This document shows, piece by piece, positions 1 through 10,200 of a stretch of 64,000 nt of DNA. Under the pieces are notes generated by a model that saw only the letters and a list, made by a program, of their open reading frames with translations, was not told the origin of the DNA and did not search any database. Origin of the DNA: Candidatus Obscuribacterales bacterium (GTDB lineage Bacteria > Cyanobacteriota > Vampirovibrionia > Obscuribacterales > Obscuribacteraceae). The position numbers and the translations under genes were made by a program. The DNA is taken from positions 320,001-384,000 of the forward strand of contig CBDDIJ010000002.1 in assembly GCA_965228855.1 (NCBI GenBank), in the 5' to 3' direction. How positions within the stretch are numbered: position 1 is the first letter of the stretch; the number at the start of each line of letters is the position of its first letter.

Positions 1-1
1 G

Positions 2-64
2 GAAGGAGGAGCGCTTGTCGTTTCCGTCGGTCGCAAGAAGTTTCTCAAGCTCATCGGCGGCTAA
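2..64 (+). CDS. tyrS: 3' end of probable tyrosyl-tRNA synthetase (partial)
   Basis: Frame 2 reads EGGALVVSVGRKKFLKLIGG*, like the VG(K/R)(K/R)KF terminus of the TyrS S4-like domain; only 20 codons visible. Confidence 0.5.
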   Translation, partial: EGGALVVSVGRKKFLKLIGG

Positions 65-410
65 AGGCTGCCTGGAGGACGGCTCTCGGAGTCGTCCTTC
101 AGGTCAGCTTCGGTTGGCAACAACCGAAACGTGACAGGTTCAAACGTCACGATCGCAAAGCTGCAAGCGGTTTTCCGCAAGCAGAACGGCGATGAAAGTT
201 TGAACAGGCGAGCGCACGTTCGCCTTGTTAGTCGCATGTAGTCTACATGCACGGGTGAGGGCACCTCGGAGCTTGCCTTCTTGTCGGTTGGGAGAAAGCG
301 TAAAAACTTTCTCGGCCGTACGCCACACCCCGCAGAGACTGGGGGAAGGAGAGCAATCTCCTTCTCGGTCTTTCTGCTCCAAACAAACAATTGGGCGCAA
401 GCCCGCAACC
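65..410 (+). ncRNA. candidate structured RNA / long 5' leader
   Basis: About nine consecutive hairpins, three with GCAA tetraloops (109-128, 332-377, 393-404); G.U pairs favour the + strand. Confidence 0.35.
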
Positions 411-429
411 TAAAACGGAGCTGAAAGAT

Positions 430-903
430 ATGACTACAAACAACATCCCGGCGTTGAACGCCAATTCGAAAATCGGTGAAATCCTGATCGTTCTTGGTTT
501 CGCCACGCAGCAAGCTGTCGACGACACGTTTGCCTACCAGCAAGCCGAACGGGCCGCGGGAAACAATCCCGGTCTGATCGGTGAGCTGTTCGTCGCGCGG
601 GGCGTCTGCACCGCCGAACAGCGTGACCTCGGCATGAAGGTCCAGAGCCTCCTCAAGGAAGCTCATCAGAAGACCGGAGAGCTCGTCTCGCTCGACTCCG
701 AAGCGCGCATCGGCAAGATTCTGATTGCCTTCGGAAACGCCACGCCGGAAGCGGTGGAGGAAACGTTCGCCTGGCAGAAAGCCGAACGAGATGCGGGTCG
801 CGACCCGGGTCTCATCGGTGAACTCTTCGTCCAGCGCGGCGTCTGCACCGCAGAACAGCGCGACTTCGGCATGAAGGTGCAGGGTCATCTGCGTCGCGGC
901 TAA
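430..903 (+). CDS. stand-alone tandem MshEN-like domain protein
   Basis: Two ~78-aa internal repeats, each with (K/R)IGxILIxxG and LIGELFVxRG motifs resembling MshEN RLGxxLxxxG; GGAG at 417-420 precedes ATG 430. Confidence 0.7.
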   Translation: MTTNNIPALNANSKIGEILIVLGFATQQAVDDTFAYQQAERAAGNNPGLIGELFVARGVCTAEQRDLGMKVQSLLKEAHQKTGELVSLDSEARIGKILIAFGNATPEAVEETFAWQKAERDAGRDPGLIGELFVQRGVCTAEQRDFGMKVQGHLRRG

Positions 904-937
904 ACCGCATCGCACCCCCGCATCCTGAACTAAACAC

Positions 938-971
938 AAGGGAGAGAGGAGCCCCCGCTCTTCTCTCCCTT
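938..971 (+). terminator. hairpin, likely terminator
   Basis: AAGGGAGAGAGGAGC-CCCC-GCTCTTCTCTCCCTT after the stop codon. Confidence 0.6.
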
Positions 972-988
972 CGTGCTCCCCAATCCGC

Positions 989-1125
989 CTACTATATTTT
1001 TTCGTATAACGCATTTCGGCAAACGCCTTCAGGTCTTTCATTTTCAAGGATGCGGACTTCGTATTCTGATCGTTTGTCTACGACAGAATGCCGGAATTTC
1101 AAATATTCGGCAACGCACCGTAGAC
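989..1125. repeat. 50-bp palindrome (1076-1125) with CTACTATA box (989)
   Basis: GTCTAC-GACAGAA-TGCCGGA-ATTTCAAATA-TTCGGCA-ACGCACC-GTAGAC; box 87 bp from palindrome edge. Confidence 0.85.
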
Positions 1126-1500
1126 AGCGGCAGTAGACTAAACTTATCAGTGGTTCGTACAACCAAGTCCACCGGCAGCCTGCGCACAAGGTCCCATCAG
1201 CAGCTAGCGCTCAAGTTTTCTCACACCTGCGGCTAAACATGCCCGCTCATGTCACTCAGGAGCCTCAAAGGTCGGCCAGGCCCTCCAATCTCGGACCAGA
1301 AATCTCTGATGTAATCGTCGACTTCGACGTCGAGACCCTGCAGCGAAAGCCCGTTGAGTGAGACCGTGCAATCGCCGTTTTCACATCAATCGGCCACGAG
1401 CGTGCCGCCGGAATCATAAACACCTATCCTCAATTCAAACACATCGCCAACTGGTACGACGACGCTCAAGCCAATGAAAGGCGAATTTTTCGGCATTCTT

Positions 1501-1649
1501 GTCTACGCCTGGATGACGCTTTAAGCGAATTTCGTCTACGCACCGTAGCCAAAATGCAATTTTGAGAAACCACTTCAATGGCAGACCAGCCCAAAAGTCC
1601 CTCCCTGTTTACAATTGCCCTATAAAGCTGATACGCCCGCATATAGTAG
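1501..1649. repeat. 50-bp palindrome (1501-1550) with TATAGTAG box (1642-1649)
   Basis: GTCTAC-GCCTGGA-TGACGCT-TTAAGCGAAT-TTCGTCT-ACGCACC-GTAGCC; box 99 bp away. Confidence 0.8.
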
Positions 1650-1847
1650 TAAAGCTTTGGAGTAGTAAAGCTTTGGAGAGCCAAAATTCGTAAGGTGGCT
1701 CCACCGGTTGGTTGCAACTTCATCCCAGCAGGGTTTTACCTGCGTTGGCTGGTCTATGGAGAACCAGGCAGTCTTGGCTAGACGATGGGATTCCGCTTGC
1801 AGTGCCGGTGGCGCCGCCTTACGAATCTTGACCCTTTAGTGAAGAAA

Positions 1848-1909
1848 ACAGTTTCCCGGTGGACCGAGGTCCACTTGCCCGAAGGCAAGCCGCGAGGCCG
1901 GGAAACTGT
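1848..1909 (-). terminator. branched hairpin downstream of NADAR gene
   Basis: ACAGTTTCCCGG (1848-1859) pairs with CCGGGAAACTGT (1898-1909). Confidence 0.55.
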
Positions 1910-1926
1910 CGAATCAAATCGGCCGG

Positions 1927-2394
1927 TTAAGCCCGATTCTTGAACTCGTCGCGAAGCTCCGTGAGAATGCGGACGAACACCGAAGCCGGAAAGACAGTGT
2001 CTTCAGGTTCGGGGTGACCGCAATCGTGGACGATGGGACGCGGGTCGGTGGCTACGAAAGCCGTCGCAATCGCGGGATGTGCCTCCAACTTGGCACGAAT
2101 CGCGCGCTTGATCAGTTCGACGTGCTTGTCGGAGCCCAGAGCAAACGTCTCGCCACCATAGGTGGTTTCGGTGAGCTTGCTCTTCTTGCCCATGTTCTTG
2201 ACCACGATGCCGTAGAGCTTGCGAACCTTCTCGCGCTTCTCATCCTCGAGGAAAAGAAGGGAGACGTAGAAGCCCTCGACCGAAGCATACTCGACACCGT
2301 CGATGGTGAACGGGGTCGGTGCGAAGTTCGACATCAAGCGCCCGATTTCTTCATCGGAGCGCGAGTAGACGTTCAGTGCGTTGTTGCTGTTCAT
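1927..2394 (-). CDS. NADAR-family (YbiA-like) protein
   Basis: MSNFAPTPFTIDGVEYASVEGFY resembles the NADAR SNFxxxPFxxDGxxYxSVE motif; RAIRAKL...HP; AGGAG upstream of ATG 2394. Confidence 0.7.
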   Translation of the reverse strand: MNSNNALNVYSRSDEEIGRLMSNFAPTPFTIDGVEYASVEGFYVSLLFLEDEKREKVRKLYGIVVKNMGKKSKLTETTYGGETFALGSDKHVELIKRAIRAKLEAHPAIATAFVATDPRPIVHDCGHPEPEDTVFPASVFVRILTELRDEFKNRA

Positions 2395-2787
2395 GACACG
2401 CTCCTTTTGGTTTGGTGTGGGCACTTTCGTCAGAACCTGCTTTCACGACTCTTCGAGCGAAGAGAAGCGAATGCTGAGATAGCCAGATAGATATGAGCTA
2501 CTTGGTTTTTCTGGTCCTTGAGAGAAGTGTGGAATTGAATATAAGAATCACCATAGAATCATGAGCTTTCAACAATCAATAGTTTTAATAAACCGCCTGG
2601 AGCCGCTCAAGCTCAGAAAAATCGGTATCCGAACCAAGCAAAGGGCTATATTTTGGGGCGTTTTCAAAGATCATTCAAGCTCGTGAAACCAAAAGCGCTC
2701 ATGGGAATTCCACGCACATTAAACCACTCTTAGATATTCGCGCAGCTCTGCGACCAGGTCGGTCCGGTCGATTTCCAGATCCGCCCC

Positions 2788-2910
2788 GTCAATCCTAGAG
2801 CGACGGTTTCAACCAATTCCGTCGCGCTCTCATTGACAGACCGATTCTAAATCCAGCCCTGTCAATTCTAAAGCGACGATTTCAGCAAATTCCGTCGCCC
2901 TCTCATTGAC
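2788..2910. repeat. two tandem 50-bp palindromes, GTCAAT subtype (2788-2837, 2861-2910)
   Basis: GTCAAT-N7-CGACG(G/A)T-N10-TCCGTCG-N7-ATTGAC, twice. Confidence 0.85.
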
Positions 2911-2953
2911 AGCCGACTTGAGACCTATTTGTTTGACAGACCGAGCTTTTACC

Positions 2954-3973
2954 CTAACGTCCCAGCAACTTCTTGCCTGTGACATAGTCTTCGCGAATCT
3001 GCGTAAGGATGCGTTCCAGAACTTCACGCGGGAAGTCCGTTCCCGGCTTATCCGGATGACCGACATCATGAATGATCGGTCTGGGGTGCGTTTCCATAAA
3101 CGCTTTCGTCAGCGCCGGGTTCTGCTCAAATTTAGCTTGAATAGCCCTTTCGACCAATCTGTGATGTTCCTCGGAGCCAAGCTTAATCGTCTCCTTGCCG
3201 TACGTGGTCACCTTGAGACTGGAACCGTTGCCGACCTTCTTAGCCTCGAGTCCCCACATCTGCGCAATCTCCGCCCGGCGAACCGGATCACGGTACAGAA
3301 GCGAACTGTAAAATCCCTCAACAGACTCGTAGCGCTTGCCGTCCAGCGTGAACGGCGTGCGAGCAAAGTTTGAAATCTCCTGACCGATTGGCTCAGCGGA
3401 ACGGCTCCATGCGTTCAAAGGAGCCAAGTTTGCTCTGGCAGCATCGTCAGCAAACATCACGGTTTCCTTCGGAACCACCGCGGTCAGTTCAGAAGTTTTC
3501 GCTGCAAACGGAGCCGCCGCCTTAGTTTCAGCAGCCATTGTCGTAAGCGGTTTAGTATCGTCGATTAATCCAAAGTTGTCCAGCATCTTTCTGGTCCCAC
3601 CAGCGCCCGCGGCACCGGGAAGCGCTCCCAGAGCAAATGCGTCAAATGCAGCCGCGCCGATGCGTTCTTTAGTCGACGAGATGGAATTGGTTTCACCAGT
3701 CGCCAGCGACCAACCGGCCTGCACTGTTGCAGCAGCGCCGGCACCGAGAGCCATACCGTATTTGATACCACTTCCCCGCGTCGCAACTGCCACACATCCA
3801 CCCACGGCCAGCGATACCGCCGCGCGTGTGAGAGACTCGCCCGGATGGTCCGCGGCGTCGGTTGCACGCTGTTTAAATCCGCCCCAGATGCCGCTATCTT
3901 CCTGCAGCTTCGTTGAAGCTGAGGCGATATTTGTCTGGCGGCTTATAGATTCCTGAATTTCGGGAGGCAGCAT
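2954..3973 (-). CDS. hydrophobic Gly/Ala-rich N-terminal region fused to a C-terminal NADAR-like domain
   Basis: C-terminal ~145 aa colinear with the 1927-2394 protein (SNFARTPFTLDGKRYESVEGFY; PRPIIHDVGHP). Confidence 0.7.
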   Translation of the reverse strand: MLPPEIQESISRQTNIASASTKLQEDSGIWGGFKQRATDAADHPGESLTRAAVSLAVGGCVAVATRGSGIKYGMALGAGAAATVQAGWSLATGETNSISSTKERIGAAAFDAFALGALPGAAGAGGTRKMLDNFGLIDDTKPLTTMAAETKAAAPFAAKTSELTAVVPKETVMFADDAARANLAPLNAWSRSAEPIGQEISNFARTPFTLDGKRYESVEGFYSSLLYRDPVRRAEIAQMWGLEAKKVGNGSSLKVTTYGKETIKLGSEEHHRLVERAIQAKFEQNPALTKAFMETHPRPIIHDVGHPDKPGTDFPREVLERILTQIREDYVTGKKLLGR

Positions 3974-4228
3974 CGAAAGAAACTCATGAGTTGATGCTCA
4001 AATCATAAGCCAAGCGCACCGCCGCCACACTGGGGAAAGTACGAAGCTATCGCCGGATACCTCCAGCGGGAGTCGAACCCGCCTTGGCTGACTCTAAAAT
4101 AGTCAGGCTATCCTAACCGCTGGAAGATGGAGGTGTCTCTAGCATAGCCGATTGACGGGAAACAGATCGAGCGCAACTGTTCCTGCCCAAAATTGTTCCA
4201 GCTCGAACAGTTTTTGTTCGAAACAGCT

Positions 4229-7200
4229 CTAGCGCGACGCCACTGTTCTTGCGCGATAATCGTTGACCAGCTGCTCAAATTGCTGGCGATTGAATAGCGT
4301 TTGGAACCCGGGATGCTTTTCGGTACCGAGCGATTTCCATTGAGCCATCGCCTCATCTATCGATTTATTGCCTGCGACCACATCGTGAAACGCGTTGACC
4401 AGGCCGGTTCTGTCCTCTCCATGGTAGCAATGGAATAAAACATTTTTGCCTTCGCGCTGCGCTTGACCAACGACACGCTCGAATTCAGCGAGGTTATCCA
4501 GAAGCTGATTGTAATTAGGCGTGCCGCGCATAGGCCACTCCGTGGGAATGCCGAGGTTGCGCACGTCAACCTGTTTTCCAGCAAGGTCGGCAGCCCATTT
4601 AGCCTGGTCGGCAACGCTCTGCAGTTCATCTCGTCCGCCCGGTCCGCCCCGCAAATCAATCACGACATCGGCGTTGGTTTGCTCGATCATTCGAGCGAAT
4701 TCTTCGGGAGATTTCGTCGCACCAGCTCTGTATAACCCTTCCGAAACCTCTGTGACGGGCTGAGGTCTGCGTCCTGGAACTCTAGGCGTCCTGATTCCTT
4801 GTTCTTTCAAAACGCGATTCGTGAAGTCGTTGACCAGCGAGCGATTGTTCGTCGGATGGCTTCTGAACGGATGTAGCATTGCGATATCGACGTTCCGTTC
4901 AGGATCCTTGGTGACATAACCGGGATTACCAACGAGCGCATTGAGTTCGTCAGTCGTGAATCCCATCTGCTGAAGCGCTGGACTATCGAAGATTTGCGGC
5001 AAAACGCCATCGTGTGAATAAATGAATTTCGCATCGAAGTCAAAAACCGATTGCAACTTTTGCTCAGGCAGATAGCCGCCGAGGTGCGCAACTATGACGG
5101 GAGCACCAGATTCCTTGATCGCCTCGGATAAGGGACGCGGAGTCGTTCCGACGCCCTCCGCCAGCGGCTTCATCAAAAGTTTCTCGGGCTGTCTGCCGGT
5201 GAACGAATAGTCATCCAGGTAGACAACTACTTTGTCCTTAAATTTTGATGGATCCGCCTGGAATTCGGCAGCGGACACGAAGTTCTGCGAGCGCAAATCA
5301 GCGGTTCGTCCGAACAAGTGGTGGATAAGGTTGCTTGATCCATTTTCCTCCATGCGTGTGAGTACAACAACATCGTCCATGGTCTTGCCAGGCGGCAGTG
5401 CGTCCTGAATTCGCCGGTTCAGATTTTGCATTTCCTGCAACATCGTTTCGTACGTATTCACTTTCATTGTGTCGCGCAGAATGGTCGCGGCAGCTAATTT
5501 CTCGGCGTCGGTTAGCTTCTCGCCAGTCGTACTGCCAGGCTCCGGCGGTTTTCTATAATTGTCGAGGAAGCTGCGAACGTCTTTGTCGCTAACCATCGAG
5601 AAATTGTTCTTGCTTGCATCGTAAATCGGACGGCTGATTGCCTGATCGTAAATGTTTTCAGCTGAACGATTTCGCGTGCGCTGTGTGCGTGCCGGAAGTT
5701 CCGGACGTAGAATTTCCATGTTTGGAAAATCCTTCGCAGCATTATCGAGTGGTGCTCTGAGAACTTGTTGTATTGCTTCTTCGTTAGTAAGGTTTGGATT
5801 CTCTGCTTTAAGTCGTTTCGCCTGCTCAACCATCTCTGCCATTCGGGTTTGCATCGTCTCGGTGCTGCCAGTCAGCTTAGCCACACCTAGCTCCCACGTG
5901 TTCAGTCCGGAATTGAAACCGTTTAAATCAGATGCGTAAACCTTTGGAAGCTGGCGCAGGAAGTCTGATTGCGCGCCACTCAAGGAAGCAAGATCATCAA
6001 GCACGAGCACCGGATTTGATGGCGAGACTCCTTCGCGAATAGTCTGTGCATTGAGAACCTTGATTTCGACTTCCATGCTTGTATTCGTGCGAAGAAGGTA
6101 GGCTAGAGCCGCGCCGGAAGAATTTTCCTCCGATGCAACCACCGTAATTTTGCGAACTCCCTGCTCTTGCAACTTGCCGATCTGCTGTTGCAGTTTATCC
6201 AGTTGACCATCAAGAGCTTTGCGATGCAGGTTGGGAATGGACTGTTCCAGCAGTTCTAGAGCCAGTCCTCTATCTTGTGGTGGCACTTTGTCGAGCAATT
6301 CCAGGAATTGATCGCGACCAATTGGCGGGCGATTTTGAATTTCAGCAAGCTGTTCACTGACCTCGCGGATGCGCGCCGGATCAACAGGTTGGTCCTTGGC
6401 TCTGACGGGAGCGTCCGTAACCGGACGATTACGATCCGTGACATTGTCACCCTCGACTCGTGGCTCCGTCTCAGTCGGCTTCACCTCTTCCTCGACGCGA
6501 GCGGGCTGACGATGCGGCTCTACTTGACCGTCCGGAGTGGTTGGACGTTCGAGAGGCGTCGCCGGTCGCTCTGCCGGTGGAGTGATACCATCGCGCGATG
6601 GTACGTCTGTCGTTTGTGGTGCAACGTCTGTCGTGCCCGGGGGAACCTCTGTCGTTTGAGGGGGAACGTCTGCCGTCTGCGCCGGTCCGTCTGTCGTGCG
6701 CGCGGGAACTTCTGTCGTGCGACCTGGTACATCCGGAGTGTGTCCGGGCACGTCGGGCGTCACGTGGGCAACCGGCGCATCGACGCCTTGAAGAGCTTGA
6801 TCGGCGATGTTTTGTAGAGGCGAGCGTTCTCGAGAGGCCACCGTTCTCAACGCATTCCAGCCTTTTCCAGCCACCACCATACCCGGTGCCAGGAGGATCG
6901 GACCGAGGCTGCCGCCGAGTGCACCGAATGCGGTGCTAGTTGTCGCCTGCCGCAAGAACGAAGCAACGTCCCGAGCGTCTGCGCCAGCCTGAATTGTTCC
7001 CGACAAACCACTTCCCGCCATACCCGCCAGAGTGTTTTCCGGAGTGCTCATGACTATCTGCTTGAGCAATGTGCGGCTTTGCTCTTCAACAGACTCGGCC
7101 AAACTGTTTTTCAACAACGCGGCAACAGCCTTCTCATCGCCGTCTTTGGCAATCTGTTTTGCAAGCGACAGGATCGCATCGTCCGAGATTTTGCCACCAT

Positions 7201-10200
7201 TCGCCAAGCCTTGCTTCAACAGCGCTTCCGTACCCTCTTTCAGAGTTGTTTCCGCGCCTTCTCTAAGCAGATTCTTACCAGCACCTGCCAAAACTTTCTC
7301 TGCGGCAGCCTTTCCAACGCCGGCTCCAAGGAATGCGGTGAAGCCTTCAGCGAAGCCGGTTCCCGCGTCGAGAAACGCTTTACTACCCCAATCGTAGTCA
7401 CCGCCCATGATGGCAGACTTGGCGCCGACTTTGAACAACGCGGCACCGGCGCCGGTGTAGGCAAGCAGTGACAAACTAACGCCACCAGTGAAGAATGCGC
7501 CACCGACCGACACAGCCGCGATGGTCGTATCGACTACAGCGTTCGCCAGTCCTTCTTTAGAGTCTGCGTGCATGTCGACCAGCTTATAAACGTTTGCAAC
7601 ATGGTCGCGAATCTTAGCCGGGTCCTCAACCATCGTCCTGGCAAGCTGGTTGATCTCATTGTCCAACTGATAACCGGTTCCATCCCAGGCGGCATCAACA
7701 AAGGAGCTGCCTATACCGGAACGGCTTATGGAAGCGTCGTTTTGCGCGTAGAGGAACTCGCCGCGCGCGTCACGAACAGTCGATTGCCGCTGCACCTGGC
7801 GCAAGTCTTTGCCGGAAAGCTCGGAGACCAAATCCGCTGAGAGATCGGTACCATACTTACGCGCATACTCGTCCTGAACTCTCTGCACGCGGCTGCGAAC
7901 GATCTCGTCTATTTCCGCTTCTGACTTACCTTCCTGACGCAGCGCAGTGCGATCCGTTAGTTGAGCAAATGTGTCTTTGATTTCCTGCTCGCTGGTGCCC
8001 ATGCCAATTTGGTACGACCGAAGTTTATCCTCAGGTCGCATCTCGCCCTGCTGCATCGATGCAAGCGCTACCTTGCGCTCGTCCTGACTGAGGAAACCGA
8101 GAACACGATCTTGGAACGCCTGGTCTTGGAGAATACGCTGTCGCTCATCACCGGTGGCGTTCTGAATATCGCGATAAGAGCCTTGCTCGTCGTCGTCAAA
8201 AACTCCTCGGTTGAGATCCATCTGTCTTTCGATCGGAATGCTCCCCGTCTCGATCAACGGTTTAGCATAGCGCTCGTAGTCGTACGATCCCATTGCTCGC
8301 CTTGCAGCATCCTGAAAATCACGCGCGAACTTTCTGCCTTCTTCGGTGTCGGGCGGATGAATAATTCGCTCTCGAAGCGTCGGATCATTTTTGAACGCTT
8401 CCTGGATATCCCTTATCACTTGCGCTTCGTCTGAATCAAAGTGCGACGCATGCAAGTTGAGTTTGTCCATGATGGACATTTGCGGTTTTTCACCACGCTT
8501 AACCTGATCGAGTAAACCGAATGCGACTTTCTGTTCGCTCGAATCCAGCGAATCACGCAATTCCTGATTTAACTTCAGGTAGAAGTCCCGTGCTTCTTTG
8601 TTGGTAGTCGACTCGTTGCTGCCTTCTCGATACAAAGCCTGCTCACGATCGCTCATTCTCTCGACGGCCTTGTACATTTGCGCTTCGTCGTTGTTGTACC
8701 AGCGGCGATTGTCCGCGATCGTCTCGAGGATCGGTCGTCTGTTCTGCTGCGCTTCTTCGAACGTAGGCGCGTCTTTCATCGCGTTGATTCGCGTCATTGC
8801 GCGCTGAAGCTCAGACTCGGATAAATAAGTTTTCAAAACCTGTTCGACACGTTGCACTTGCATCGGATCGTTGCGAAGCTGCTGCCAGTCTTCCTTCGAC
8901 ATATCTTCGATGGAACCGATTACTTCATGCATACTCGAGTCGTAGACTGTTCCACGATGCGCGGACAAGCGTGAAACCAGCCCGCCACCCTTGTTAGCGA
9001 TCATGTCCTCCCACTTCGCCAACTCATTAACTTGCGAGTCACCGGAGTACCATTGCCCCGCTGCTCGTTCCAGCGCACCATGGGTCTTGGTGTAGTAGTC
9101 CATCGCCTGTTTCCGTTCATCCGCATCAACTTGCGGCGCCGGTTGCTCGTTTCGAGCTAACGCTCTACCTGTGGTGTACAACTGCCTCTCGCGATCGCTC
9201 ATATTGGCGAGCGAGTGCTCGATTGCTTCTTCGTTGTCGCCCAGCCATGAACGGTTGTCGTCTACCTGCGTGGACACCGATAACTTTCCGTGCTCCGCAT
9301 AGTCGCGCACGTGCTGCAAGTTCGTATCCGTGACATTGCCGCTAAGTCCAAACGTGAGCGCGTGATACCAGTGACCTTCAAATGCGTTGCGCATCGCATC
9401 CTGACCTGCCGGAGAGGCAAAATAGTCGCGCACTTCTTTGGGTGCGCGGCGCATCGCTTCCTGAAACATTGTCGGATCGCCTGACGTAACAGCGCGGTCG
9501 GCCAGGGTTCTCGTATCTTGCGGGGTGCGTTTGTCGTGACCCTTCAGATAGACATCGGCCGCTGCTTTCGTATCCGCAGACAAATGCGGGTTGTTCATGA
9601 CCGCGTCACGAAGCGACATGCCATAGCGTCTGCGATATTCAGCATCGGTCTGCGCGATTTCCGTCGAGCTCATCGTTTCAAGCGTGTTGCGCACGACCTT
9701 TTCCAGCTCGGAATTAGATCGTCCTGTCCACTCGCCGCGCTCCGTCAACGCTACCCGAATCGTGCCCGCGTTGTCGGCGCCATCAGGACGATGGAGAAGT
9801 GCGTTGGCTTTGTCCAGGTCGGAGCCTTCCATCTCGTCTTTGAACTCGGCTTCCAGAGTATGACCGTACTTCTTCCCGTATTTCTCGTTCCAGATTTCCT
9901 TGATCATCTGGCGCTCTGCAAACGTTTTGTTCTCGAGCGTGGAGTAGATCGTCTGCTCGTCTGTGCCGGCACCTGTGCCACCATTCATCGCATACTCGAT
10001 AGTGTCAGCAGCAGCTTCCATCGAGCGATGATTTACATCTTGCCTGGAACCATCAGGTTTTCGCCACTGCCGGTTCCCCTCAGCGTCTTGCTGGAAGTAG
10101 GTACCGTCTGATTGCACGGATAGACGGCCCTGCCAGTTAGTTTTACCGTTCGTCCAGTTGGTACCATCGGTGGTGGTCCAGGTTTCGTTTCCTTCCGTGA

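Noticed and set aside
111..175. c-di-GMP-I riboswitch (GGCAA...GAAA...CGCAAAGC)
   Set aside because: The fragments do not form the required P2/P3 arrangement; GGCAA lies in a separate GCAA-capped hairpin.
61..1047. 328-aa minus-strand ORF
   Set aside because: Antisense to the MshEN gene and the structured leader, with no protein-like features.
1076..1125. Palindromes as integron attC sites or classical REPs
   Set aside because: No RYYYAAC/GTTRRRY ends, invariant length, unpaired spacers, and no IntI or RAYT gene seen.
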